A stretch of DNA of 62,298 bases from a bacterium. Lineage in GTDB: Bacteria > Patescibacteriota > Minisyncoccia > Moranbacterales > UBA2206. This document shows, piece after piece, positions 8,190 through 17,822 of the stretch. Location: assembly GCA_029567195.1 (NCBI GenBank), contig JAKQLJ010000038.1, forward strand, positions 1 through 62,298, read 5' to 3'. The notes under the pieces were generated by a model. It was not told the origin of the DNA and made no database searches. It was given only the letters and a program-made list of their open reading frames with translations. How positions within the stretch are numbered: position 1 is the stretch's first letter; every line of letters begins with the position of its first letter. Position numbers and translations under genes: made by a program.

Positions 8190-8287
8190 GTCATTCCCAA
8201 CTTGATTGGGAATCCAGAAAACAAGCTGGATCATAAAGACTAGATTCCCGCCTGCCTGCCGGTAGGCATGGCTTGCGCGAGAATGAC
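8190..8287. repeat. Palindromic element, GTCATTCCC...GAATGAC family, with a nested CCTGCCTGCCGGTAGGC mini-element
   Basis: ATTCCC-N9-GGGAATCC ... GATTCCCG ... GAGAATGAC. Confidence 0.75.
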
Positions 8288-8385
8288 AACAGACAAAAGT
8301 TATTCCAATAAAATAGCTTATCATAAAGACAGGATGGAATTAACTTAAAATGACTTAAATATTTTTTTAAACTCAGATACAATTT

Positions 8386-8745
8386 ATGAAAAAAATTATT
8401 TTATCTTTATTGATTTTAGCGGCGGCTATTTTTTTGTTTTTTTCTTTTAAATCTTCTTCTAGCGTCGGATCTTTAGAAAATGCCAAATTCATTTTATTTT
8501 ATGGCACCGGCTGTCCGCATTGTGAAATAGTGGAAGAATTTATCAAAAAAAATAATATTCATGAGAAATTGGACTTTCCGGAAGTGGAAGTTTTTTTCAA
8601 TAAGGATAATGCAGCTGTTTTTGCTCAAAAGGCCAAGGAATGCGGTCTGGATGAGAAAAATTTGGGCGTGCCGCTCTTTTGGGCGGAAGGCAAATGTTAT
8701 AGCGGAGACAAAGACATAATCAGTTATTTAAGTGACAAGCAATAA
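8386..8745 (+). CDS. Exported thioredoxin/glutaredoxin-like protein
   Basis: Signal anchor, GCPHC, and GVP cis-Pro motif. Confidence 0.75.
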   Translation: MKKIILSLLILAAAIFLFFSFKSSSSVGSLENAKFILFYGTGCPHCEIVEEFIKKNNIHEKLDFPEVEVFFNKDNAAVFAQKAKECGLDEKNLGVPLFWAEGKCYSGDKDIISYLSDKQ

Positions 8746-8812
8746 GTGACAAGTAACATGTAACAAGTGACATGTGACAAGTAACAAGTAATAAGAAATA
8801 AGTGACAAGTAG
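8738..8812. repeat. Degenerate heptamer tandem array (TGACAAG/TAACAAG)
   Basis: About ten imperfect 7-nt units at the gene junction. Confidence 0.8.
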
Positions 8813-8817
8813 TGTAT

Positions 8818-9327
8818 ATGAAAAAAATTATTAAATACATAGCGGCTTTCTTTCTGGCATTTTTACCGCTGGGAAAAGCTCAGGCGGTTTGTCCAGTTTG
8901 CACGGTGGCGGTAGGAGCAGGCGTAGGGCTGACAAGATATCTAGGAATTGAAGACACTATCGCCGGAGTATGGATTGGCGGAATGGTGGTTTCTTTGGCG
9001 TTATGGACAAAAAATTGGATGGCGGGAAAAAATAAAAAATTTCGCTATCAAAGCCTTATTTTAATTATCATCTATTTTTTACTTGTAATCGTCCCTCTTT
9101 ACTACACCGGCATTATGGGGCATCCCTTTAACCGTATTTGCGGAATGGATAAAATTCTTTTCGGATCGTTTTTTGGAATTTTTGGCTTTATTATAGGTAA
9201 TGCCGTTAATCTTTATATAAAAGAAAAAAATGGCGGTCGGGCCTATTTTCCTTTTCAGAAAGTCGTGATGGCCATAGCTCCGCTTGTAATTTTAAGCGTT
9301 ATTTTCTATATTATTAGTAAATGCTGA
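8818..9327 (+). CDS. Conserved membrane protein with CPVC motif
   Basis: AVCPVCTVAVGAG followed by several TM segments. Confidence 0.7.
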   Translation: MKKIIKYIAAFFLAFLPLGKAQAVCPVCTVAVGAGVGLTRYLGIEDTIAGVWIGGMVVSLALWTKNWMAGKNKKFRYQSLILIIIYFLLVIVPLYYTGIMGHPFNRICGMDKILFGSFFGIFGFIIGNAVNLYIKEKNGGRAYFPFQKVVMAIAPLVILSVIFYIISKC

Positions 9328-9351
9328 TTTATAAAATATTAAATATCTATC

Positions 9352-9957
9352 ATGGAAACAAATAAGGAGTTGATAAAAAATGTCAATGATTTGATTGAAA
9401 AGGTGGATAATATGAAAAAGCAGGACAAGATGGATCTAAGCTCTGATCAGGATCTTTCCATTGCTATTATGAATTTGGTGAGCATTGAAGAGCATTTTTT
9501 CTTTACCGGAGCTAAACTCAATAAGCCTGAATATTTTGATTTGCTTCAAGAAGTAAGAAAAATGAGAGGCGACCTTTTGCGAAAAATTATCAAGGATTAT
9601 GAAGGCGAAGTCTGGTGTATTTCCAAACACTTATTGGCGGCCTCCATGAGGCTGATGGAGGTGGGAACCAAACAGCAGGGAATGGGGAAGAAAGAAGAGG
9701 CTCGGGAATTGTTTCAGAAAGCCTATGATCTTTATTCTTTGTTTTGGGCGGTCAATATGAAAATCATTAAGACTGATGATATCAAAAAAATCGATGAAGA
9801 CGCGGTAAATGTTCATGATAAAAAAGAAGAAGCCGTGAAGATGGCTTCTGATAACAAACCCGCTCAAGTCAAAGATGAAAACAAGCCTGTGAAATCCAGT
9901 TTCTTAGGGAAAATGGGAGAATTAGTGAGAAAAGCGATTGATTGTTGCATTGAATAA
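9352..9957 (+). CDS. Conserved hypothetical protein (C-terminal DCCIE)
   Basis: 201 aa ORF, WCISKHLL motif, operonic with the two upstream genes. Confidence 0.7.
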   Translation: METNKELIKNVNDLIEKVDNMKKQDKMDLSSDQDLSIAIMNLVSIEEHFFFTGAKLNKPEYFDLLQEVRKMRGDLLRKIIKDYEGEVWCISKHLLAASMRLMEVGTKQQGMGKKEEARELFQKAYDLYSLFWAVNMKIIKTDDIKKIDEDAVNVHDKKEEAVKMASDNKPAQVKDENKPVKSSFLGKMGELVRKAIDCCIE

Positions 9958-10024
9958 AATATGAAACAAGAGAAAGGGTCGAACTCTTGTTGATTGTAAT
10001 AAAAATTAAAATAAAAAAATTATC

Positions 10025-10333
10025 ATGTCTAAAAAAGCAATTATTCTGACGGTTCTATCTGTCCTTCTTTTGGTATTAGCCATATTTGGCCTTCAAAAAG
10101 CCAAAATAAACAGCCTTTCTACCAACACGTCCATTCCGTCGGTGGTTAAGATGCCAAAAGAAGCTTTGGCCAAGCCGACTGGAAACGTGGGTGATACGGT
10201 GGATGCCATAATTAATGAATCAACAGAAGAAAAATCATTGCTCTTGGCGGAAGACGAAGTCGCTAAAAACGCTGTCAGCGACAAGCAAGAGGCAGATGAT
10301 TTGTCAAAATCATATGATGAAAATGAATTTTAA
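10025..10333 (+). CDS. Exported hypothetical protein
   Basis: N-terminal hydrophobic segment and acidic tail. Confidence 0.6.
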   Translation: MSKKAIILTVLSVLLLVLAIFGLQKAKINSLSTNTSIPSVVKMPKEALAKPTGNVGDTVDAIINESTEEKSLLLAEDEVAKNAVSDKQEADDLSKSYDENEF

Positions 10334-11162
10334 GGTTATCGCCCTAATATTGGGCGTAATTTTGGTCAGTGGATTTTTTTATCAGAGATCATCGGCCAAA
10401 GTGGGCAGTGGTCCAGAGGATAAAAAAGCCATAATGGAGAAAAGAGAGGGAATAATAGAACAAAAAAAGGCAGAACGGCAGGCGGCAATGCAGGAAAAAT
10501 TTTGTGAAAGGCTTTCAAGCCTATCTTCCAAAATGGGGGAAAGGATGGATGCCAAAGAAGAGAAATTTCAGAATCGAGAGGAAGAGTCTTTCAGAAATTG
10601 GGATCAAAAGAGAAGCGATCGCGATGCTAAGCTTGAGGAATTCAGATTGAGACGGGAAGAAAATTGGGAAAAGCATTTTGCGGCTCTTGAGAATAAAGCT
10701 CAGACTGACGAGCAAAAAGAAGCGGTAGCTGATTTTAAGGCGGCGGTGCTGAAAGCTGTCGAAACCAGAAAAACTGCTGTTGACGCAGCCATTGAAACTT
10801 TCAGGACCGGTGCAGACAAGTTGATTGAAACCAGAAAGTCAGGATTGAAAACGGCAGCTGAAAGCTTTGTGGCAGCACAAGAGGCGGCCCTTGATGAAGC
10901 CAAGGCCAGCTGTGAAAGCGGCACTGACCCCAAGACGGTAAGGACAAATCTTCATTCTGCTCTCAAGGCAGCTAGGGATAAATTCAATGCGGAAAGGCAG
11001 GCTGTTGAAAAAGTAGGCACTTCCATGCAGACTCTGGTTAATGCCAGGCAACAGGCTTTTGAAAAAGCGCTGAGCGATTTTAAATCAGCTATGGAAAAAG
11101 CCAGGGCCGATCTTTTGAAAGCTTTTCCGGCAGAAGAAACAGAGGAAACGGAAACCGAATAA
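10323..11162 (+). CDS. Exported coiled-coil protein
   Basis: Likely start MNFKVIALILG (signal peptide); long charged helices. Confidence 0.7.
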   Translation: MNFKVIALILGVILVSGFFYQRSSAKVGSGPEDKKAIMEKREGIIEQKKAERQAAMQEKFCERLSSLSSKMGERMDAKEEKFQNREEESFRNWDQKRSDRDAKLEEFRLRREENWEKHFAALENKAQTDEQKEAVADFKAAVLKAVETRKTAVDAAIETFRTGADKLIETRKSGLKTAAESFVAAQEAALDEAKASCESGTDPKTVRTNLHSALKAARDKFNAERQAVEKVGTSMQTLVNARQQAFEKALSDFKSAMEKARADLLKAFPAEETEETETE

Positions 11163-11268
11163 ACTCCAAGGATCATTTTTTCTGAAAAATCCACCCCGTT
11201 CAGGCGAGGTGGATTTTATTTTAAAGAAAAGGTAAAATAAGGGCAATAATAAATTAAAGGCAATTATT

Positions 11269-12336
11269 ATGGAAAAATTAAACTTAGCCATCATCTTTGG
11301 CGGGCAATCGGGAGAGCATGAAGTTTCATTAAAATCAGCCAATCAAGTAATGAGCGCCATAAGCAAAGAAAAATATAATATTATTCCCATTGCCATAACT
11401 AAAGGCGGCAATTGGCTCATTGGTGAAAAAGGAAAACAATATATGGATGAAAATCTGCCGCTGGCACAAACAGAGGGCGGAGTGAGTCATGAGCAATCGC
11501 AAAAATTAGTGGGTGCGGTTGAAAATAATAATTTTAATTTTATCCAAGGCGGCGCCGATAAAAAAATTGATTTGGTTTTGCCAATTGTCCATGGGCAATA
11601 TGTAGAAGATGGAAAACTTCAGGGAATGCTGGAAATGATCGGAATTCCCTATGTTTTTTCCGGAACGCTTGCGAGCTCTTTGGCGATGAACAAGCATAAA
11701 ACAAAACTGATAGCTAAAAGCGTTGGAATAAAAATTGCCAAGGAAGTAATGGTCGCTAAGGGGAAAAAACATAATTCAGATAAAATTATCAGTAAGCTAA
11801 ACCTGCCAATTGTTATCAAGCCGGTTGAGTCGGGATCATCAGTTGGAATAAATATTGCCAAAAACAAGGAAGAATTGGAAGCGGGAATTCAAAAAGCATT
11901 GGAATACGGATCAGAAGTTTTACTTGAACAATTTATAAAAGGCCGAGAACTGACAGTGGCGGTTATGGGAAACAAAAGTCCTAAAGCGCTACCGGTGATT
12001 GAAATTATTCCCAAAATTTCCAGCTTCTATAATTATGATGCTAAGTATCAAGATGGTGGAAGCGAGCATATTTGTCCGGCCGAGATTACCGATGACACAA
12101 GAAAAAAGGTGCAAAAATATGCCGTAAAAATTTTCAAAGCCATAGGTTGTCGGGATTTGGCGCGGGCGGATTTTATTTTTTCCGAAAATGATAGCAAGTT
12201 ATATTTCTTGGAAATAAATACTATTCCCGGTATGACGGCAACTAGCCTTGCTCCCCAAGCGGCCAAAGCAGTCGGGATGGAATTTCCTGATTTTCTTGAT
12301 AAATTGATCAAGGAGGCCCTGGGGAGAAAAAAATAA
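11269..12336 (+). CDS. ddl: D-alanine--D-alanine ligase
   Basis: FGGQSGEHEVS, VHG..EDG, GSSVG, YNYDAKY, LEINTIPGMT. Confidence 0.97.
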   Translation: MEKLNLAIIFGGQSGEHEVSLKSANQVMSAISKEKYNIIPIAITKGGNWLIGEKGKQYMDENLPLAQTEGGVSHEQSQKLVGAVENNNFNFIQGGADKKIDLVLPIVHGQYVEDGKLQGMLEMIGIPYVFSGTLASSLAMNKHKTKLIAKSVGIKIAKEVMVAKGKKHNSDKIISKLNLPIVIKPVESGSSVGINIAKNKEELEAGIQKALEYGSEVLLEQFIKGRELTVAVMGNKSPKALPVIEIIPKISSFYNYDAKYQDGGSEHICPAEITDDTRKKVQKYAVKIFKAIGCRDLARADFIFSENDSKLYFLEINTIPGMTATSLAPQAAKAVGMEFPDFLDKLIKEALGRKK

Positions 12337-12462
12337 AAATTATCTTTCAAATCTTAAAGCCAAAAAAGCGCTCTCAGACAGGGGCGTTTTTTTGCGGAAA
12401 AAACTTTGACAAATGGCGCTAAAAATGCTACAGTGGTTTGTTAAATAGTAATTGCTAAAAAA

Positions 12463-13428
12463 ATGACTAATTCAAGCCAAAATATGACCAGTTTTAAGTC
12501 AAAGCTCAAATTTGTGATTTTTGCTTTGGCTTTATCAGTTGTAATTTTCCCGCTTTTTACCTTTTCCAGTCACAGCAATGATCTTTATGTCGATGACAGC
12601 GCTTCTGGTAGCCAAGACGGATCCAAAAAACATCCGTATAAGACTATTGAAGACGCTATGGATAAGGCGACATCCGGAACAGAAATTCATGTTTCCCGTG
12701 GGGAATACGAAGAAAATGTAGAAATTAAAAAGGGAGTGTCTCTGTCCGGAGCTAATAAGGAAAACACTGTTATAAAAGCCGATCATGAAAATGAAGATGC
12801 GGTTATCATGAAAAATAAAAGCAAAATATATGGCTTTACCGTAAAAGACGGTCGAAATGGAATCAGGGTGGAAGATGATGCCAAGGTTACCATCACTAGC
12901 TGTATTATAAAAGACAATCGCAGGGATGGAGTCAGTTTGGAAAAAGCTGATGTCCGTGATTCTCGGGAAGCGACTATATCTAACAGCGAAATTAGAGATA
13001 ATGGGAAAGCTGGAATTTTTTCTGAAAGAAGAAAACTTAATATAACGGAAAATGAAATAAAAAATAATGGCAGTGACGGGATAGATATTTTGGCCGGATC
13101 CAATGCTTGGATCAATAATAATACTGTCCGGGAAAACCGAGGCAGCGGAATGAAGCTGGCCGTTGACGGATCAAGCGTTTGGACTAAAAGAAATTTAATC
13201 AGAGAAAACAGAAGAGAAGGAATGGAAATTTCTTTTAGCGGAGGAAATGGCCGAGTGAATGTCGATCGGTCTAAAATTGTAGAAAACGGTCATTACGCTG
13301 TGGCCAGAATTCAAAAAGGAAATTTTGCCAACAGTTTCAATCTTTGGAATGAAAAGCTGACTTTTAATTCCGGAAACAGCATATGGGGAAACAAATTCGG
13401 CCAAATTTCTTCCATTATATATCAGTAA
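12463..13428 (+). CDS. Secreted right-handed beta-helix (pectin-lyase-like) protein
   Basis: YVD..DGSKKHPYKTI..A, GEYEE and repeated IxNNxxxGI turns. Confidence 0.8.
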   Translation: MTNSSQNMTSFKSKLKFVIFALALSVVIFPLFTFSSHSNDLYVDDSASGSQDGSKKHPYKTIEDAMDKATSGTEIHVSRGEYEENVEIKKGVSLSGANKENTVIKADHENEDAVIMKNKSKIYGFTVKDGRNGIRVEDDAKVTITSCIIKDNRRDGVSLEKADVRDSREATISNSEIRDNGKAGIFSERRKLNITENEIKNNGSDGIDILAGSNAWINNNTVRENRGSGMKLAVDGSSVWTKRNLIRENRREGMEISFSGGNGRVNVDRSKIVENGHYAVARIQKGNFANSFNLWNEKLTFNSGNSIWGNKFGQISSIIYQ

Positions 13429-13507
13429 AATTGCATAAATATACTTTCAAAAAAACGCTCCTCAATGGAGTGTTTTTTTGTTTTTTTAAAAATGTTAAAA
13501 TAGGCTT

Positions 13508-14347
13508 ATGGATAAAATATTTTTCTTCAAATACATGCCTTTTTTTTTGAATCCCATCGCTTTTGAAATCGGTCCTTTTTCCGTTACCTGGTATTCTCTT
13601 ATGTATCTGGTGGGTTTTTGGGTAGTTTACTCTTTAATAAAATACCGAATCAGGAAAGGGGAAGGGGATATTATAAAGACAAGCCAGCTATTTGATTTTT
13701 TGATTTTTGTTTTCTTGGGCCTTATCGCCGGAGCGCGTTTGGGGGAGGTTTTCCTATATGATCCCGAATATTATTTTTCCAATCCAGTAAGAATTATTTC
13801 TCCTTTTGATCCGGTAACTAAGGAATTTATCGGAATATATGGGATGAGTTATCATGGAGGCTTGGTCGGCGCTCTTCTTGCCGGTTGGATTTTTGCTAAA
13901 AAAAGAAATATTAATTTTTGGTCTTTGGTTAATTTTATCACGCCAGCCGTTCCGGCCGGTTATTTTTTTGGTCGACTTGGCAATTTTATAAACAGTGAAC
14001 TGTGGGGCAGAGAAACTAAAATGCCCTGGGGTATGTATTTTCCAGGTGATGATTTGGGTCTTCTTCGTCATCCTTCCCAGCTCTATGAGGCTTTTTTTGA
14101 AGGCTTGGTTTTATTCTTTCTTCTCTGGCCGCTAAGAAACAAGGAAAATATCAAAGATAAAATATTACTCTTATACCTTCTGGGCTATGCCCTTTTTCGT
14201 TTTTTTATTGAATTTTTCCGAGAACCGGAAGAGCCGACCGGGATGCTTCTTGGCTATTTTACCTTGGGGCAAATTCTCAGTTTTTTTATGGCGGCTTTTG
14301 CTATTTTCATTATCTTGAAAAAGAGGAAAAAAAAGAGTATAATATAG
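13508..14347 (+). CDS. lgt: Prolipoprotein diacylglyceryl transferase
   Basis: GARLG, GMSYHGG, GRLGNFIN.ELWGR, RHPSQLYE. Confidence 0.97.
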   Translation: MDKIFFFKYMPFFLNPIAFEIGPFSVTWYSLMYLVGFWVVYSLIKYRIRKGEGDIIKTSQLFDFLIFVFLGLIAGARLGEVFLYDPEYYFSNPVRIISPFDPVTKEFIGIYGMSYHGGLVGALLAGWIFAKKRNINFWSLVNFITPAVPAGYFFGRLGNFINSELWGRETKMPWGMYFPGDDLGLLRHPSQLYEAFFEGLVLFFLLWPLRNKENIKDKILLLYLLGYALFRFFIEFFREPEEPTGMLLGYFTLGQILSFFMAAFAIFIILKKRKKKSII

Positions 14348-14373
14348 AAAGAAAATAAAATAAAAAACAATTA

Positions 14374-15504
14374 ATGTTTGCAGCAATTCAGGGGAGGGTT
14401 ATTCCTATGGATGGTTTTTGCATCAAAAAAACCAGAAGAGTAAATTCTGACCTTCCATTAGCCAAATTTATCAGAGAGAAAAAAAATTCATCTATCTTGT
14501 TTTCCCGAAATGGGAGGACAAGGGATTTTTTGTCTTCTCATCCCCAACCTTATTTTTACCAACATGAAATCGGCAGACTAAGAAGAGGAACAATGGCAAA
14601 AAATACAATTCGATCGATAGATAGTCTTCAAGCCGGTTTATCCATCAGGCCTTCCTATAAAAAGGCCAATTGGGTATATCAAAGAAAAGAAGCGGACGAA
14701 ATATTTTTATCCATCAAGGAAAGGTATTCGGACACAAAAAATTATATCAATGATTTTTTCAGCAATTCCGTCCAGGGAGTTTCCGCGGTTAGGATGTGGA
14801 ACATTTCTGTTGTCGGATCACTCATTTTCGGGATGTTTTTGATGACAATGATTTATAGATATCTCGGGCAAAATGCTTCAGCCAGGGCCAAGGAAATAGC
14901 TAATCCTACCCAAAATAGTCTGGTTTTGGGAGCGGAGGATATAAAAAACCCGGATATTGAAAATGAAATAGATGTGGATATCACAGAACAGCTGATAAAA
15001 GAATATGCTCGCGAAGAAAAAAAAGAAATGGAAAAAAAGGAAAAAAGTCAAAAAGATATGGAGAATAAAATGCGGGAAATGGTAAAGGGTTATCCGATAG
15101 AAGAAATGATCCCTTACATTGCCAAAAAGGACAGGGTGGTAGCTTCTTTTCTCATCGGTATCGCCAAAAAAGAAAGTGATTGGGGAAAGCACGTGCCAGT
15201 TTATCAAGGAAAGGATTGTTATAATTATTGGGGTTTTAGGGCTAAACGGGAAAAAATGGGCACGGGCGGTCATACCTGTTTTGACAGTCCGAAAGATGCG
15301 GTAGACTCAGTAGCCAAAAGAATAGAGTTTTTGGTTTCCAGTGAAAAATTGAACACGCCTGCCAAAATGGTGGTCTGGAAATGCGGTTATGATTGTTCTT
15401 GGGACAACCCCAAGGCTGTCAAAAAATGGATATCGGACGTAGACACATATTTTAGAAAATTTGATTCTATCGCTAAAGGCGAAAATAAGAAAAATAAGAA
15501 ATAA
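14374..15504 (+). CDS. Membrane-anchored lysozyme-like/glucosaminidase-like protein, paralog 1
   Basis: TM helix, then IAKKESDWGK...YNYWG resembling the AxxESxWG..NxxG glucosaminidase/lysozyme motif. Start codon uncertain. Confidence 0.6.
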   Translation: MFAAIQGRVIPMDGFCIKKTRRVNSDLPLAKFIREKKNSSILFSRNGRTRDFLSSHPQPYFYQHEIGRLRRGTMAKNTIRSIDSLQAGLSIRPSYKKANWVYQRKEADEIFLSIKERYSDTKNYINDFFSNSVQGVSAVRMWNISVVGSLIFGMFLMTMIYRYLGQNASARAKEIANPTQNSLVLGAEDIKNPDIENEIDVDITEQLIKEYAREEKKEMEKKEKSQKDMENKMREMVKGYPIEEMIPYIAKKDRVVASFLIGIAKKESDWGKHVPVYQGKDCYNYWGFRAKREKMGTGGHTCFDSPKDAVDSVAKRIEFLVSSEKLNTPAKMVVWKCGYDCSWDNPKAVKKWISDVDTYFRKFDSIAKGENKKNKK

Positions 15505-15870
15505 CGGGCACATTGACAGAAATGACCTATTTTGCTAGTATTATCAGGTGTCAAATATCCCTTGCCGCTTTTGGGCTATATTAAGCCAAAAAAGCCTTAA
15601 AAAAGCTAATTTGGACCAATTTAAAGCCTAAAAGCCGTGGGGGATATATTAATTAAAAGTGAAGAATTGCCTAAAAATCGGGCAAATACCGCAAGTCGAA
15701 GCGGCCTGCAATAAGAAAGAAGAGCGCCAAAAGGCGAATTTGCAGGGAAACAATCTAAAATAAGGGCTATCCAGCCTTTCTGGCCACTGGCCGAAATCAG
15801 AAACCGGAAATCACGAATTTGGAAGAGAAATCGGAAATAAAAAAAGAACCGGAAGATTGGACAAAACCTA

Positions 15871-16611
15871 ATGAAGGATTATTTCCTGAGAATGATCCGA
15901 CGCCATGTCGGATCGAATCTGATCGATTGGAGGAACAGATTTAAGGGGGTAGGGACGAAAAAAAGAAATATATTGATCATTATTGTTCTCTTGCTATGCA
16001 CGAGGCTATTTTTTTACGCCTTTTTTGATAATTTCGCTCAAGCGGAAAAACCGATGAAAATTGACAATGTGGATGAAGAAATTATTGATCCAATGAACAA
16101 AATCAAAAAAGAAGACAGCCAGGAAGATAAAAAAAACAAGGCTAAACTTTGCTTTTCTGATAAAAAATTAGGAAAAAAAGATATATATAAACCGGAAGAA
16201 AAAATGCGGGAAGAGGAATATCGGGAAATGGTAAAAGGTTATCCTTTGGAAGAAATGGTGCCATTTATCGCCAGAAAGGATGAAAAGACAGCCGCCTTTC
16301 TTATCGGTATCGCCAAAAAAGAAAGTGACTGGGGAAAGCACGCTCCGCGAAAAGGTGACCGAAGTTGCTATAATTATTGGGGCTATAAGGGAAGTTATAA
16401 TCTGGTCCAGGGTTATTCCTGTTTCGATTCTCCGGAACATGCCATTGAAATAGTTGGAGGGAAAATAGACAGTCTGATAAATAAAAATATTGACACGCCT
16501 GAAAGAATGGTGGTTTGGAAATGCGGATCAAGCTGTGCCGGCCATAGTCCGGAATCAGTCAGAAGTTGGATAGGCGCGGTAAGGACTTATTGGCAAAGGA
16601 TACTTTCTTAA
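15871..16611 (+). CDS. Membrane-anchored lysozyme-like/glucosaminidase-like protein, paralog 2
   Basis: Same catalytic-like block as paralog 1. Confidence 0.6.
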   Translation: MKDYFLRMIRRHVGSNLIDWRNRFKGVGTKKRNILIIIVLLLCTRLFFYAFFDNFAQAEKPMKIDNVDEEIIDPMNKIKKEDSQEDKKNKAKLCFSDKKLGKKDIYKPEEKMREEEYREMVKGYPLEEMVPFIARKDEKTAAFLIGIAKKESDWGKHAPRKGDRSCYNYWGYKGSYNLVQGYSCFDSPEHAIEIVGGKIDSLINKNIDTPERMVVWKCGSSCAGHSPESVRSWIGAVRTYWQRILS

Positions 16612-16740
16612 ATTTTTAAAATTGGCTGATAATCCGCAGTGCCATTGCTATTAAATAGCTATTTGTGCCAGCTTGAAAGGGCTGGCTTTTTATAAAATAA
16701 AAGACTTGCCGGTTTTTCAGGCAAGCCCCGTGGGTGGTTT

Positions 16741-17223
16741 TCAATTGAGAAGAGTTCCCGGAGGAGCGCAGTCTGTTATCTCCATAATGGTCAGTATATT
16801 GTGATTTTTGTCTATGACTAGATAAGCATCGACTATGGTCTGGATACAAAGCAACCAAAAATTTACTTTTCGAAGAGCGTCCTGGAAGGCTTCATGACAT
16901 TTTTTGTCTATTCGGATAGTAGCGGAAAAATCAAAAAAAATTTCCTTGACGATTTCTGTTTTGTTTTTTTCGTTGAAAATGATGCCGGCTTTTATGTGAT
17001 CGCCATAAATAATATAGGCGAACATTCCATTTTCCAGTAGCTCTACTTCCAAGAAAATCTTGCTATTGTAAGCTAATTGTTCTCCGAGCGGTTCTCTGAT
17101 ATGGCCAAGATTGAAAGATATGCATGGCACTTTTCTGCCATTCTCTCCGTTTTGAGAGAAATCAAAAAAACCGATAGTGAATGAGACTTCCTTTGTTTCT
17201 GCAAAGATATCTGAAAAATTCAT
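16741..17223 (-). CDS. Hypothetical protein, 160 aa
   Basis: AAGGAGG SD before MNFSDIF; the ORF-track extension to 17322 runs into the terminator. Confidence 0.6.
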   Translation of the reverse strand: MNFSDIFAETKEVSFTIGFFDFSQNGENGRKVPCISFNLGHIREPLGEQLAYNSKIFLEVELLENGMFAYIIYGDHIKAGIIFNEKNKTEIVKEIFFDFSATIRIDKKCHEAFQDALRKVNFWLLCIQTIVDAYLVIDKNHNILTIMEITDCAPPGTLLN

Positions 17224-17285
17224 ACATCCCTCCTTATAGTAGAAACAAGCCTTTTTTAATGAGCTAAATATAATGTTAATGACAG

Positions 17286-17340
17286 ATAAAAAAAGAACCC
17301 CTGCTGGTTGGAGATTTTTCAAGAAAAACCAGCAAGGGGT
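17286..17340 (-). terminator. Terminator within the 5' leader of the 16741-17223 gene
   Basis: ACCCCTTGCTGGTT / AACCAGCAGGGGT followed by a T run. Confidence 0.75.
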
Positions 17341-17421
17341 GGTATGGACGATCGTTACGTCCTGTTGATGCCTCTGGGAAGACCTAGTTAGTCATCCCGC
17401 CTCTTGGCCGCCACTCGGTCA

Positions 17422-17460
17422 TCATTCGTTCTTCTTCTTTCTTAGTGTCAACGCAATCAT
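17422..17460 (-). CDS. Putative uORF/leader peptide D (MIALTLRKKKNE)
   Basis: AAGGAGAG SD; downstream of TTGACA-N18-TATTAT (17529-17558). Confidence 0.4.
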   Translation of the reverse strand: MIALTLRKKKNE

Positions 17461-17592
17461 AAGCTCTCTCCTTCTTCGCCGTTCGGTGGGAGAAACTCCC
17501 ATTATCGGAAAAGACTCTCAACGCTTAAATAATAGCAAATTTTTTCATGGATTGTCAATAAAATTTCTTTTAAACTTGGTTAAAAAGCTTCC

Positions 17593-17822
17593 AAAAAAAA
17601 CGGGAGAGTCCGGCTGTTTGCCGTTCTCTCCCTGAGGCGCGCGCCATCAATATTTTTTTAGAATTACACATTTTGTAAGCTCGTTGATGGCTGCGAGCTT
17701 GAAGAATGAGAAGATCGCTTCTTATCGGGCTTTCAACGTTAGTTTTTATCTGATCTTGGCCTTGGGCCGCGCGCCTTTTATGATCAGCGACAACACGACG
17801 GAGCCCCGGATAAAGGCGATGC
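17593..17822 (-). ncRNA. Candidate structured ncRNA with own promoter and terminator
   Basis: TTGACA-N17-TAATAT at 17829-17857; several GC-rich stems and loop-distal complementarities; ends in GGGAGAG/CTCTCCC plus a T run; no SD-led ORF. Confidence 0.5.

Noticed and set aside
8738-8812. CRISPR-like or VNTR array
   Set aside because: The units are degenerate 7-mers with no spacers, and there are no cas genes in the window.
15650-15800. c-di-GMP-I riboswitch upstream of paralog 2
   Set aside because: GGCAAA plus a hairpin is present, but the GACGCAAA/P2 consensus is missing. The region may be a decayed N-terminal coding segment.
17330-17460. T-box riboswitch
   Set aside because: No T-box consensus (GGTGGNACCGCG) or specifier-loop motifs, and the downstream gene is not an aminoacyl-tRNA synthetase or transporter.
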